Assembly: GCA_963768645.1 (NCBI GenBank)
Contig: CAVYIR010000011.1
Location: 87,980-151,979, forward strand
Direction of reading: 5' to 3'
Origin: an uncultured Acidobacteriaceae bacterium
GTDB taxonomy: Bacteria > Acidobacteriota > Terriglobia > Terriglobales > Acidobacteriaceae
Length of the DNA: 64,000 nucleotides
The translations under genes and the position numbers were made by a program. Below the pieces are notes generated by a model. That model saw only the letters and a list, made by a program, of their open reading frames with translations, searched no databases and was not told the DNA's origin. Positions 1 to 10,036 of this stretch are shown one piece after another; the first letter of the stretch is position 1; every line of letters begins with the position of its first letter.

Positions 1-1829
1 TATGCTCGCAGTTGACGCCTTGCCGCATTAACTCGGAACCATCTCCCGAGCCCGCCCCAGATCGGTCGTTTTGCGAAACCATTTTGCCGATTCATGTGGA
101 ACGCCGGCATCTCCGCAAGGACCTGGAAGTCCTCAGAGCGTGGCATGTCCGTGGATCGCAACAAGGTGGCTGCTCTTAGCAGGTCCTGCTGAAGTTGCTC
201 TCCCAGTTTGAACAATTTGGCACGGGCCTTGCCGGAAATTTCAACCGCAACTTCCGCAGCTGTTCCACGCAGCATCTCGGCGCAGTCCACTTCACGTTCT
301 GTGTCCCAGAGATCTGCAATCGATTCCGCTGCCCTATTTACAATGAATGAGGAGAGCAGCGGAATCTCTTCCGTTGTGCGCCGAAGCTCTGACTGCAACT
401 TTTGCAGGTCGCCGGCGCTGCGCCGCAGCTCGAGGTCGATTTCCTCCAACTGCAGTCGATCTTCCCCTTCGATGCGAGCGTAGGAGGAACTCACCTCCAA
501 GGCAGAGCGGACAGCTCCAGCCAGCGCCAGGGTCTTCCTCGTCAGTGATTCCTGTAGCAGGCGTTGCTTGCGTTCGTACAGAGGCGACAGCTCTTCGTTG
601 AACCACTGCTCCAGCAAAGCCCCGTGGCTTGGCAGGACGCTAACGGGCCACACCGATAGGTCCGTTCCGAACTCCGTATGCAATTGGCGCTTGACGTACG
701 CCATTTGCTGTTCAAGATCTTGTGCAGAAAGAAGGTCTGCTTTGCTGATAAGGACGGTCGTGGCTGTCGACGCCTGATTCAAAGCTCCAACGATCTTCAA
801 GTCGTCGGGCGTGAGCGTTGAACCAGCATCGACCAGCACGATACCGGCGTCGCAGCGCGGAAGATAGGCCAGGGTTTCGGCTGCGCCGCTCGTAGCCAAA
901 GATCCGATGCCAGGAGTATCCACAAAAATAATGCCTTCGCGCAACCGCTCCGAAGGATACAGCACCAGAATTCTTCCCACGCGCTTCTGGTTCTCCGGAT
1001 TCAAGCGCTCGTCCACGAAAGAGGCGAGTTCCTGGATGCTATGTTCGGAAACTCCCCGGCCTTCCTGCCAAACTCTGACGGACGGTTCTTGACCATACCC
1101 AATGCGGGTGGGTACAGCAGTAATCGGGGTCACGCCGACTGGCAGCAGATCGGCGCCTATTACATGATTCAGCAAGGACGATTTCCCGGTACTCACCCGG
1201 CCAAATATCGCGATTTCTAGTGCAGTATCCTCTACCCGGTCCAGCAACATGCTGATCGTCGGACGGAACTCCGTCAGTCCGCGGCGGTCGATAATCTCCG
1301 CGATGCGGTGCAGTGCCGCCACGTCCCATCCCTGGTTCGCCAGCTTCTCAACCCTTTCCCGCAGGTCGCCGGAGCGGGGCTGAAGGATGTAACGATGCAA
1401 TTCCTTCACAGCGGACTGCAGCTCGGCAACTATTCCGTGCAGATCGGTAGCGCCATCCTCCGAAACCGGACCGTACCCTCGCATATAGTGGGGAGCAAGC
1501 TCGGCGATGGCAATCTCAACAAATGTGAGTCCTACATGGATCGAATGAGTTGCCGAAATGCGAGGCTTCTCCGGAGCCAGCGACTGCCCGGCTAATACCT
1601 GTAAGAGTTGTCCGCGGAGCCGGGCAATATAGTCCTCGATGGTCTTGCGCTGCAAGGGAGTGATGTCGCCGGTGTAGCTCGGAAAGACACTTTTGGAAGC
1701 CGCGGCGTTCAGGGTCTCTTCGACATCCCCCAGCAACTTATCGATGTGCTTGCAAGTGATCAGCAAGTGCTGGCGCTGGCTCGGATTCAACGTGATGTGA
1801 TTGTCGTGCACTGCGACTCTTTCAACCAT
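1..1829 (-). CDS. dynamin-like (BDLP/LeoA-type) large GTPase; C-terminus runs off the left edge of the window
   Basis: Absent from the ORF track because its stop lies left of base 1. Translating the reverse strand by eye, the frame is open from the ATG at 1829 (MVERVAVHDNH...) to base 1 (609 codons, no stop). It reads P-loop GRVSTGKSSLLN, G3 FVDTPGIGS and G4 LISKADLL, followed by a long helical tail. The ATG overlaps the stop of the upstream ORF (ATGGTTGA, 1822-1829). Confidence 0.75.
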   Translation of the reverse strand, partial: MVERVAVHDNHITLNPSQRQHLLITCKHIDKLLGDVEETLNAAASKSVFPSYTGDITPLQRKTIEDYIARLRGQLLQVLAGQSLAPEKPRISATHSIHVGLTFVEIAIAELAPHYMRGYGPVSEDGATDLHGIVAELQSAVKELHRYILQPRSGDLRERVEKLANQGWDVAALHRIAEIIDRRGLTEFRPTISMLLDRVEDTALEIAIFGRVSTGKSSLLNHVIGADLLPVGVTPITAVPTRIGYGQEPSVRVWQEGRGVSEHSIQELASFVDERLNPENQKRVGRILVLYPSERLREGIIFVDTPGIGSLATSGAAETLAYLPRCDAGIVLVDAGSTLTPDDLKIVGALNQASTATTVLISKADLLSAQDLEQQMAYVKRQLHTEFGTDLSVWPVSVLPSHGALLEQWFNEELSPLYERKQRLLQESLTRKTLALAGAVRSALEVSSSYARIEGEDRLQLEEIDLELRRSAGDLQKLQSELRRTTEEIPLLSSFIVNRAAESIADLWDTEREVDCAEMLRGTAAEVAVEISGKARAKLFKLGEQLQQDLLRAATLLRSTDMPRSEDFQVLAEMPAFHMNRQNGFAKRPIWGGLGRWFRVNAARRQLRA

Positions 1830-2859
1830 TTGTGTTGCGAAGCGTTTCAGATCCGGTAACCCATCTGAGCAGGCGACAACGTTTTGCCTCTTCGGGCTTT
1901 CCAGACATAGCAGCTATTCTTAGCTCCTGAGCGATCAGATCGTTTACATCAACCGGGCGCTCTCTCAAAAATTGCGCGATGTCATCCACCAGGACCCAGT
2001 CGTGCGAGCTCAGATGGTCAACAAGAATTCGGAAGGCGACCTCCGACTTGCTCAGACGGAAGGCTATCTTCGCCACACAGGACTGCAACCATTCGTCGGT
2101 TTCATACAATAGGAACTCAAGCGCTTCCCAATGCTTAGCGTCCAGTTCATTATCTGCAAGCAAAGCAAGAGCAGCGCGACGGTGACGGAGGCTGCTAGGC
2201 GTCTCCTCAGCCCGCGACGGCTCGGGCGAGCGGACGCTCTCGATCAAGTAAGGGAGTGCTGCTGCTCGGATAAGCCGGATGCCATCAGCCGCCACATTGC
2301 GGCAGAAGTCGCTCTCGAGCGCCGCCACAAGCACCGGGGCGGCGGCATCGCGACGAAATCCCGCGAGCGACTCCACTGCGCCAGGCAATTTCCTCGTGGC
2401 AGCAACCGCACGGAGAACATAAAAGGTCTCATCTGACTGGCTTCGGCCCAGTTCACGGGCGGCGGTGTTTTCCACCGCTTCTTCTGCCAGACGAAGCTCC
2501 GGGTCCGGAATGTTTTTCTCGCGAAGCAAATAATCGCTCAATGCGGAAAATGCCCGCAATTCGCCCAGTACGCGCACGACGTGCTGTCGCGGGAGATACA
2601 CCGTGCTGGGCTTGCCTTCCAGCAGAACCTGACGCAAAACCGGAATCGAAGGCTCGCCAACTGCAACCAGGGCCGCCATACTCAGCTCACCGTCGATCAG
2701 TTTGTTCTCCTGGAATTCGAGCGCATGAAAAATGATGAAGGTGCGTAATGCCGCTCGCTGGTCAGGCCCGTAAGTTCGTAAAGCGGCTGGTTCTTGGACC
2801 AGTAGATGTTCCGCAGCAGTGTGTCGTCGGCCTCCATGATCCTCAGGCAGATATTGCAA
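1822..2859 (-). CDS. alpha-helical repeat (HEAT/ARM-like) protein of unknown function
   Basis: 345-aa ORF with Leu/Ala/Arg-rich helical-repeat composition; no catalytic motif recognised. Its stop overlaps the dynamin-like start by 8 nt, implying translational coupling. The start is uncertain (alternative Met at 2679). Confidence 0.4.
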   Translation of the reverse strand: MQYLPEDHGGRRHTAAEHLLVQEPAALRTYGPDQRAALRTFIIFHALEFQENKLIDGELSMAALVAVGEPSIPVLRQVLLEGKPSTVYLPRQHVVRVLGELRAFSALSDYLLREKNIPDPELRLAEEAVENTAARELGRSQSDETFYVLRAVAATRKLPGAVESLAGFRRDAAAPVLVAALESDFCRNVAADGIRLIRAAALPYLIESVRSPEPSRAEETPSSLRHRRAALALLADNELDAKHWEALEFLLYETDEWLQSCVAKIAFRLSKSEVAFRILVDHLSSHDWVLVDDIAQFLRERPVDVNDLIAQELRIAAMSGKPEEAKRCRLLRWVTGSETLRNTNG

Positions 2860-2870
2860 TCTGGCTGCAT

Positions 2871-3713
2871 GGCATGGGTGATGTCTGCGACGTGACGTAC
2901 AAGCATCTTATGGCTTGTGGCGCTCCATTCACTATCGGGATTGGCCTCGACGACGCGTGGAAGCAATTGATCAGGGGGAATACAAGATTAGTTCTGAAGT
3001 TTCGCGAGCGAGATGGAGACCAACGACTGCTTGGCGAGATTGCGCTTGAGTGGGCATCGGTCGTCCCGGTTGGGGACCACCAGTTGGCTCTATTCCAAAT
3101 CAGGGGCTATAGGAACTACTGTCTTCCCAAAGCCCGTCTCTGGGCCCGCTATTTGCAATATGCATATCAGCGATCGCGCGGGCACAACTCCGATGTCGCC
3201 ATTACTCCGCGTGAGATACATGCGATGATCGTTTTCTATATATGCCCGCGTCCCGTGGCACTCGTGAGCGCCATGCATGGAACCATCGGCAACATCTTTC
3301 CCATGAACCTAATGGGGCCGATCGGAAACGGCCATTTCTGCTTCGCGCTGAATAGCAAAACTCCGGTCGCCAGCCTTGTGGAGCGGACGGGCGAAATTGC
3401 AGTAAGCAGCATCCCCCTGCGGCAAAGTTCGCTGGCAATCCAGTTCGGCAAGCACCACAGGAGAGAGGGCGTCGACCTGAACCAGTTGCCGTTCGCCACA
3501 AGAACGTCAACGGTTCTGGGCATCCCGGTGCCGGGATTTGCCCTGCGGGTAAGGGAGATGAAGATTGAAAGCGTTCACAAGCTGGGCAGTCACACCATGT
3601 TCATCGGGCGTACCTTGCGGGATGAGCATTGGAACGATGGCTTGGAGTTCTTCGTCGAGCATGGCATTTACCGGGCGTGGCGAGAGAGTAAGAAGAGGCC
3701 TGTTCTCCATTAA
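2871..3713 (+). CDS. flavin reductase-like (FMN-binding split-barrel) domain protein
   Basis: The ORF track gives 2748-3713. I chose the Met at 2871 so the gene does not overlap the divergent gene at 1822-2859. The segment ITPREIHAMIVFYICPRPVALVSAMHGTIGNIFPMNLMGP resembles the flavin-reductase fold. Assignment is by eye only. Confidence 0.45.
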   Translation, partial: GMGDVCDVTYKHLMACGAPFTIGIGLDDAWKQLIRGNTRLVLKFRERDGDQRLLGEIALEWASVVPVGDHQLALFQIRGYRNYCLPKARLWARYLQYAYQRSRGHNSDVAITPREIHAMIVFYICPRPVALVSAMHGTIGNIFPMNLMGPIGNGHFCFALNSKTPVASLVERTGEIAVSSIPLRQSSLAIQFGKHHRREGVDLNQLPFATRTSTVLGIPVPGFALRVREMKIESVHKLGSHTMFIGRTLRDEHWNDGLEFFVEHGIYRAWRESKKRPVLH

Positions 3714-3759
3714 TCGGTTGTGACAGCACGCCATCCTTAGTTGATTCCGAGAAAGAGCT

Positions 3760-4617
3760 ATGTCTCGCGCCGTCGTAACATACACCAGACTGCTCCTGAA
3801 ATGTCGACGTCTGGTAAATCACTGCTTGCCGGATGGCGCGCTATCGCACGTCCCAGGAGGATCGCGTGCCCGCATGAGCGTTCGACGCTTCGTTAGTCGG
3901 CATCTGATTCCGGCGCACAGCGAATGGGTCCAAGTGCAAGACGGTTTGGCCAATGGGCTGTGGATTCATATCGACCTTGCCAACGAACGAACCTGGTGGT
4001 TCGGCACGCACGAACCGGCGACTCAGGAGGCGTTTCGGCGGGTCCTAGGTCCGGATAAGGTCATGTATGACGTTGGAGCTCACATCGGCTTCTACACGTT
4101 GCCAGCGGCGCGGTTGGGAGCAGATGCGATCGCCTTTGAGCCTGACCCGGAAAGCGCCGCGAGAGTACGGACGCATGTTGATCGCAATGGTTTGAGGGAC
4201 AGGGTTCGAGTCGTCGAAGCCGCCGTATGGTCAAGCTCATTTCCATCGATCACGTTCCGGAGAGGCTTGCCCCGTTCGCAGGGTGGGGTTTCCTGGCAGG
4301 ACCATCAGCCCGTCCTCGCGATGGGTGAAGTCATCGAGGTCGCAACGGTATGTCTGGACGACTTTGTCGCGAGCGGCGGACCAGCGCCACATATTATTAA
4401 GGTGGATGTTGAGGGCTCCGAATCAGAAGTCCTGAAGGGCGCGATAAACATTCTATGCAACCACCATCCGGTGTTGATCGTCGAAGTACACACGGTTGAA
4501 GAGCATGTGACGGTGAGTCAGATTCTTGAGAATGTCGGGTACACGGCGCGTTGGGGCATGCCGCCTGAGGGCTTCCCGCGACAATGTTTTGCGATGCCCT
4601 CTAACACCAGTACCTAG
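3760..4617 (+). CDS. FkbM-family SAM-dependent methyltransferase
   Basis: 285-aa ORF. MYDVGAHIGFYTLPAARLGADAIAFEPDP plus IIKVDVEGSESEVLKGA and LIVEVH match the Methyltransf_21/FkbM pattern. The start codon is uncertain (several upstream Met/Val). Confidence 0.7.
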   Translation: MSRAVVTYTRLLLKCRRLVNHCLPDGALSHVPGGSRARMSVRRFVSRHLIPAHSEWVQVQDGLANGLWIHIDLANERTWWFGTHEPATQEAFRRVLGPDKVMYDVGAHIGFYTLPAARLGADAIAFEPDPESAARVRTHVDRNGLRDRVRVVEAAVWSSSFPSITFRRGLPRSQGGVSWQDHQPVLAMGEVIEVATVCLDDFVASGGPAPHIIKVDVEGSESEVLKGAINILCNHHPVLIVEVHTVEEHVTVSQILENVGYTARWGMPPEGFPRQCFAMPSNTST

Positions 4618-5373
4618 TCGGGTCGAACTAGCTGTTGGGCCAAGGCGTTTTTACCAGGATCTCCACACAGCAGTAATCACTTCCTCTTCTCCACCCGGGA
4701 TCACCCTAAGCTTCGTTAAGGTAGCTTCTCGAGGAAAAAGTGCGGCTTCAATTTCTTCCTCAACCACCTTTACAAATCTTTGACATTGTGCTGATCCGCC
4801 GGTGACAATTCGCAACTTCACCCCCGGTAGGATTGGTTCAAAGATCGACCTACCGCTAGGTTAAAAGCATGACAGACAAATTGTGGAGAATGGCGGGATG
4901 GTTGGCGGTGGCCATGATGCCAATGGCAGGACGAAATACTTGTCTCGCTTACCAATTCCCATCCGACCAAGTGCCTCGTGTAAGCGCGGAGAACTCTCTA
5001 ATAACGCCCGTAGTAGGCGAAAGCTGGCTCAGCCATCTGAACCGGCCATTTGGCGACACTAGTATGGGCAAGACGTGGCACCTGGGTCCACCTCCTTCTG
5101 TGGGAGGAGAGAACTTATCGCATGGACAGTCAGGAGTTCTGATCGGTTGCACAACACAGACTATAACTCTTCATGGCTCGGACCTATACCGCCTGAATTG
5201 CAGAGGATGCCACGGAGAGGCTGGCCTTGGTGCGCCTCCGGAAATCAATTCCGTCATCGACCCGGTTCGGGCGACTTCCGTCCCGCTCGTGCTAGAGCGG
5301 ATGAAAAAGAGCGGAGCGGACATGAGCCGCGCACAAGCAACGCAGCTTGCTCAACAGGCGCAGGTTGCCTTAG

Positions 5374-6528
5374 GGAGACTCTGATTAAGCTCTCCCTTTC
5401 CACAGGAGTATAGGTTAAAGTCACGCCAGCATGAAGCAAAGGACACTGGCGATGATGACTGGCTTTGAGCGGTACACCCAAAAGACCAAGCGGGCGTTAT
5501 TCCTGGAGGAGATGGAGCAGGTGGTGCCCTGGGGCGCGCTCGGCGCGCTGATTGAGCCGCACTATCCGAAGGCGGGCAATGGGCGGCCGCCGGTGGGGGT
5601 GGAGCGGATGCTGCGGATTTATTTTCTGCAGCAGTGGTTCAACCTGTCGGACCCGGGGGTGGAAGAGGCGCTGTACGACTCGGCGGTGCTGCGGCAGTTC
5701 GTGGGCATCGATCTGGGGCAGGAGCCGGTGCCGGACGAAACCACGGTGTGCAAGTTTCGTCATCTGCTGGAGGAGCACCAACTGGGCGGGAAGATGCTGG
5801 AGACGGTGAACCTGCACCTGCAGGAAAAAGGAGTGCGCATCACGACCGGTACCATGGTGGACGCTACTATCATTCACGCCCCCAGCTCGACCAAGAACCG
5901 GAAGGAGAAGCGCGATCCGGAGATGCACCAGACCAAGAAGGGCAACCAATGGTACTTCGGGAGGAAGGCGCATGTGGGCGTGGACAGCAAGACCAAGATC
6001 ATCCACTCGGCGGCGGTGACCGCAGCCCATGTGGCCGACGCGACGGTGCTGCCGGAGTTGCTGCACGGCGAGGAGACGCGGGTGTGGGGCGACCAAGCGT
6101 ATCGCGGACAGAGCGAGGTCATTCATGAATCGGCACCGCGGGCGCAAGACTGCACCCACCGCCGCTATCGCTATAAAAACCATGTCGATGAAGTGGAGCG
6201 GGCGAAGAACCGCAACAAGTCGCGGGTGCGGAGTAAGGTGGAGCACGTGTTCCAGATCTTGAAACTGAAGTTCGGCTTCGTGAAGGTACGCTACCGAGGG
6301 CTGAAGAAGAACGCCAATCGATTGTTTGCCGCCTGCGCCCTGGTGAACCTATTCCTGGTTCGTAAGAAACTGCTGCGCCTGGCGACCCTGTAAAGACCCA
6401 TAGCGGCTTAGCTGGCCGCAGTGGCAGCGCTACAGCGATAAAATACACCCCACGTATCGGATCGTAAGGGTCATACTTCGCGGTCTTCTGACGCTGCGCC
6501 GCGAAAGCACTGCTTGTTCAGAGAGTCC
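5374..6528 (+). mobile_element. IS5-family (IS5 group) insertion sequence, apparently intact
   Basis: Imperfect terminal inverted repeats GGAGACTCTGATTAAGC (5374-5390) and GCTTGTTCAGAGAGTCC (6512-6528). Flanked by a direct TTAG repeat (5370-5373 and 6529-6532), which fits the YTAR target of IS5-group elements. Single transposase ORF. Confidence 0.9.
5431..6393 (+). CDS. IS5-family DDE transposase
   Basis: 320 aa, collinear by eye with E. coli IS5 InsH: EPHYPKAGNGRPP, LRIYFLQQWFNLSD, DATIIHAPSSTKN, DPEMHQTKKGNQWYFGRKAHVGVD, KVEHVFQILKLKFGFVKVRYRGLKKN. Confidence 0.95.
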   Translation: MKQRTLAMMTGFERYTQKTKRALFLEEMEQVVPWGALGALIEPHYPKAGNGRPPVGVERMLRIYFLQQWFNLSDPGVEEALYDSAVLRQFVGIDLGQEPVPDETTVCKFRHLLEEHQLGGKMLETVNLHLQEKGVRITTGTMVDATIIHAPSSTKNRKEKRDPEMHQTKKGNQWYFGRKAHVGVDSKTKIIHSAAVTAAHVADATVLPELLHGEETRVWGDQAYRGQSEVIHESAPRAQDCTHRRYRYKNHVDEVERAKNRNKSRVRSKVEHVFQILKLKFGFVKVRYRGLKKNANRLFAACALVNLFLVRKKLLRLATL

Positions 6529-7393
6529 TTAGTGCAACGCCTCCATAACGGAGGCAAGAACATGCCACCATTTCCGCAATTGCACGAGGCGGAGATCCGG
6601 TCGATCCTAGCTTATTTGCGGCAGTTGGCCAGGATCCCCGGAGCGGAGAACGAACAAACAGCCGTAAGTGAGTCGCCAATTCGTGTGGGTGAACTCATTG
6701 CGAAGTCGACCTGTCACATCTGTCATAGCGCGGTTGGGCCGAATCCCAGCCCGGAAGAGCTCATGAATGGAGCCATCCCGCCCCTTCAGACCCTCACTAG
6801 GCGCAAGAACCAATCTGGGCTAGTCGAGAACGTGACTCAAGGCGCACCCATCCTCATGGGCGCACCGCCTATGCTGGCTCGGGGCAGGATGCCGGTCTTC
6901 CGCTACCTGACCCCCGATGAGGCGGCCGATGTCTACCTGTACCTTAGCCTTTATCCGCCCTCCGAATTGGCGATCCCCGACTCAGTTGCCACCACCTCTC
7001 AACCAAATCAAACGGCAATCTTGATCGACCACACTGATTCAATTTCTGGTGCCCAGGCAGAAGCCAACAACAGCTGGAGCGAAGCCCCACCTTCCATCAG
7101 TCTAGCTGAGACACACCTACCGGGGTTATTTCTTGGCTTGGGGTTGTTAGTGGCCGCGCTGGTGATATTCGGCCTCGGCTTTACGCTGTGGGAATTCAAG
7201 AAATTGTCGTCGAGAAACGAAGGCCTCGCTCTGGCAGTCTGCGACGTTCGCACCGATCCGACTGTGGCCCGTCCGGAACCGAAGTACGTTTCCCGTCGTA
7301 CCTTTTCCGGCGCAATAAAGAAAGGCGACTAAGGCATCTGGTAACAGATGAAGCCGGAGGTTTAACACGAAAGAATAAGAGGGGAGAGCGGCA

Positions 7394-9031
7394 ATGCCAC
7401 GGCACTCGTTTGGGTTAACGGCTTACCTTATTCTAGCTGCGATTCCGCTTTGGTTTTCCGGGACATGCCAAGCCATTCCGGCTTTCGCACGCATGTATGG
7501 CCTGAGCTGCAGCACATGCCACATTGACTTTCCCAAGCTCAACGATTTCGGCAAGGCATTCAAGGACGCAGGCTTCAAGTTCCCCAAAGACGACGAGTCG
7601 AGGATCAAGATCCCTCCGGTGATGCTGGGAGCTCCCGCTAACGGAGCTCTGGCCCAAAGCCATTTGGCCGGGCACAATACCCGGAATCCCGCCCATCGGG
7701 TTCCGCATGAACAACTACTTCCAGTACACCGGCGGCAGCAGTGGAAAATTCGCCACGTTGACTCCCGCCGGAACCTTGCCGCCGTTTGTTCCGTCTACGG
7801 ACTTCGAGACTGGTTCGTTCAGCCTCTTCACGGCCGGCAACTTCGGGAGCGGCATCGCGTTCTGGGTCGACGACTACCTGAGCGTCAGCGGGGCTAACGG
7901 AAATGGCGGGCTAGGCGAAGCATATCTCAAATTTGTCGATGTCGGCCGATTTATGAAGTTGCCCAAAGACTCTCTGAATCTTCGCATCGGGCAATTCGAA
8001 CTTGAGTTGCCTTTCACTCAGATCCACAGCATCTGGACCAGTCCTTACGACATTTACCTCCAGTCCAACATCGGCGCCATGAACGCAATGGTCCCGCTGC
8101 AACAATTTGTGAATAACCGTTATGTCTTGGCGGAGACGGCCAAGGGCATCGAAATCAGTGGTGGCCGGCACACGGGGGGTACAATTACTCGTTAGCGGTC
8201 ATAGACCAAAATACAGGTGGCAGCGACGGCTATAGCCCATATGTTCCGTCGGCCACGGGGAGCAACCAGGGAGGGTTAGGCTTCTCCTCTACTGCAAACT
8301 TTAAAGACATTTACGCCAGCTTCAATTACCGGTTCAACCTAGAGCGAGACAAGGAAAGTCGCACTGCTATCCGCGCCGCCGGGGCCATGGGAGCCCACGA
8401 TCATACGTACGTAAATTTTGGGAGCTATTACCTGTACGGACGTTCGGTACAGCGGCTGTTGGGCATGGGGCCCGACGGTACGTCGACGCTCCTCACTGCT
8501 GCTGAACCGTTCTATAGAGTTGGCGGCAACTTCACCTTCAACTATCGCTGCTGTTTGCAGGTTAATGCCTTGTATATGTTCGGGCACGACATGAACCTGC
8601 TGCCCATCGATGCCAATGGCAACTTCATACCGCTGCAGAACCTGAATCAGGCTGTTCCGGTCGGTTTCATTCGCAGCACGCCCGCCACCTTCAGCGGCGG
8701 CTTCGCAGATGTCGAGTGGCTCGCATATCCGTGGATGTATGTGATGATGCGCTATGACGGAGTCAATTCAACCGCTGATAGAATCAACGGCCTGGCAACG
8801 AACCCATCATTCACCGGGGCACCGTTTAATGCGCCGTTCGCCTCTACGCGCAACCGCTTCACTCCGGCCGTACAGTTTCTCACCCACCCCAACATCAAAG
8901 CTTCTTTCGAATATCAATTCCGCCCGTCACAGTCAGTCGTAATCGCTACAAATCCGCTGAACGGGCTGCCGATAGCCCTGAATCCGTTCCATACCAATAC
9001 GCTCGTGCTTGGTTTGGATTTTGCCTACTAG
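7394..9031 (+). pseudogene. outer-membrane beta-barrel protein with N-terminal CxxCH motif, two frameshifts
   Basis: Three ORF pieces (7394-7897, 7707-8195, 8387-9031) read through as one protein. It has a signal peptide, then ARMYGLSCSTCHIDFPKLNDFGKAF, then a Gly/Asn/Tyr-rich barrel ending ...LVLGLDFAY. Frame switch 1 lies near 7640-7655. Frame switch 2 lies at the G6 run 8174-8179 (GGRHTGG then YNYSLAVIDQ...). Confidence 0.7.
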
Positions 9032-9072
9032 CTGTTTATCGAGAACGTCAACCCAGGAGAACAAAAACACTC

Positions 9073-9648
9073 ATGACTCGTCATTGTCTACTCACGCTGC
9101 TGCTGATCTCAGCGATAGCCTCTCCCAGTTTTGCCGGCACAATCGAAGGAAAGGTGTCGCCGGGACAGTCGGTCGTCTATGCGGATGCCATACCCGGCAA
9201 AACATTTCCTCCGCCTTCGCGGGAGGCTGTTATGAGCCAGAAGAACCTGGCATTTGTGCCTCACATCCTGGTAGTACAACAGGGAACGACAGTCCAATTC
9301 GTCAACGATGATAACGGTAAGCACAACGTGTTTTGGCCTTCTGTTGGCGGCAATAAGAAGGCGGCGCACAACGTCGGTACTTGGCCGTAAGGAGAGAAGC
9401 GGCCTTACAAGTTCGAGCAGTCCGGAGTGGCGTCGCTGTTTTGTAACATCCACGCAGAAATGTCAGGTTTCATCATCGTCAGTCCTACCCCATATTTCGC
9501 GCAAACGGATGCCGCTGGAAACTACAAAATCGACAACGTTCCCGACGGGAAATATAACGTTGTAGCCTGGCACGAGGGCACGAAGCCACAAACGAAGCCG
9601 GTAACCGTCTCGGGCACCGGCAAAGGGGATTTCACGCTCTCGAAGTGA
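9073..9648 (+). pseudogene. secreted cupredoxin (amicyanin-like type-1 Cu site) with in-frame TAA
   Basis: ORFs 9073-9390 and 9427-9648 are in the same frame, separated only by the TAA at 9388-9390 (GTWP*GEKRPYKFEQSGVASLFCNIHAEMSGF). The Cu-ligand pattern is H (KHNVFW) before the stop and C-x2-H-x2-M (CNIHAEM) after it. The C-terminal NYKIDNVPDGKYNVVAWHEG is carboxypeptidase-regulatory-like. Confidence 0.7.
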
Positions 9649-10036
9649 GTAGCGATTAGGAGAGATTGCACGGCCCATTCAGGAGAAACCAGAGGTACCC
9701 GTCCAATCTCGACTTAGCGGCCCACTCAAATAGCTTCGACTCCTGGAGCCGTCCGTGTCGATTCTTGGAGAAGGTGGAGTGATGGGGGATCTCCTGATCG
9801 AGACCCAAACCCGTGAACCAGCGCTATGCCAGCATGACTTACCGGAAAAAGGAAGCCAAGGGGTTCAGAAGTGTTCAAAGAGAGCCAGCTGCTTTTGGCA
9901 AGTTGGTTTGGCCCACTTCGGTGGTTTAATCTGGCCCACCCATGGACGTTGACGGTTAAGAGGATAGAGTTCCGTTCTGCTGGAGCGTAGCCCGAAGGGC
10001 GAAGCGGAAGCAGAATGGAACTGCGGCCTCCAGGGA

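Larger units (their letters stand above)
4869..7332 (+). pseudogene. membrane-anchored dihaem cytochrome c gene split by an IS5-family insertion
   Basis: ORF-track pieces 4869-5384 and 6514-7332 are one gene. Deleting 5374-6532 (the IS plus one TTAG copy) joins ...QAQVAL to VQRLHNGGKNMPPFPQLHEAEIRSILAYL in frame. It has haem motifs CRGCH and CHICH, a signal-like N-terminus and a C-terminal TM helix (LFLGLGLLVAALVIFGLGF). Confidence 0.85.

Noticed and set aside
1-1860. There is an apparent 1.8-kb gene desert at the left edge; the track shows only short ORFs.
   Set aside because: The reverse strand is one uninterrupted reading frame (the dynamin-like GTPase) whose stop lies outside the window. 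The short plus-strand ORFs are antisense artefacts.
4651-4821. A 56-codon minus-strand ORF (VKLRIVTGGSAQCQRFVKVVEEEIEAALFPREATLTKLRVIPGGEEEVITAVWRSW) lies in the spacer before the cytochrome c gene.
   Set aside because: It has a GTG start, only a weak G-run upstream and no motif I recognise. It may be a small gene or a gene fragment, but it is not supportable as a feature.
9388-9390. The in-frame stop in the cupredoxin gene could be programmed recoding (selenocysteine or read-through).
   Set aside because: The codon is TAA, not TGA, and I saw no SECIS-like hairpin. The neighbouring genes of the same module are also inactivated, so a nonsense mutation is the simpler reading.
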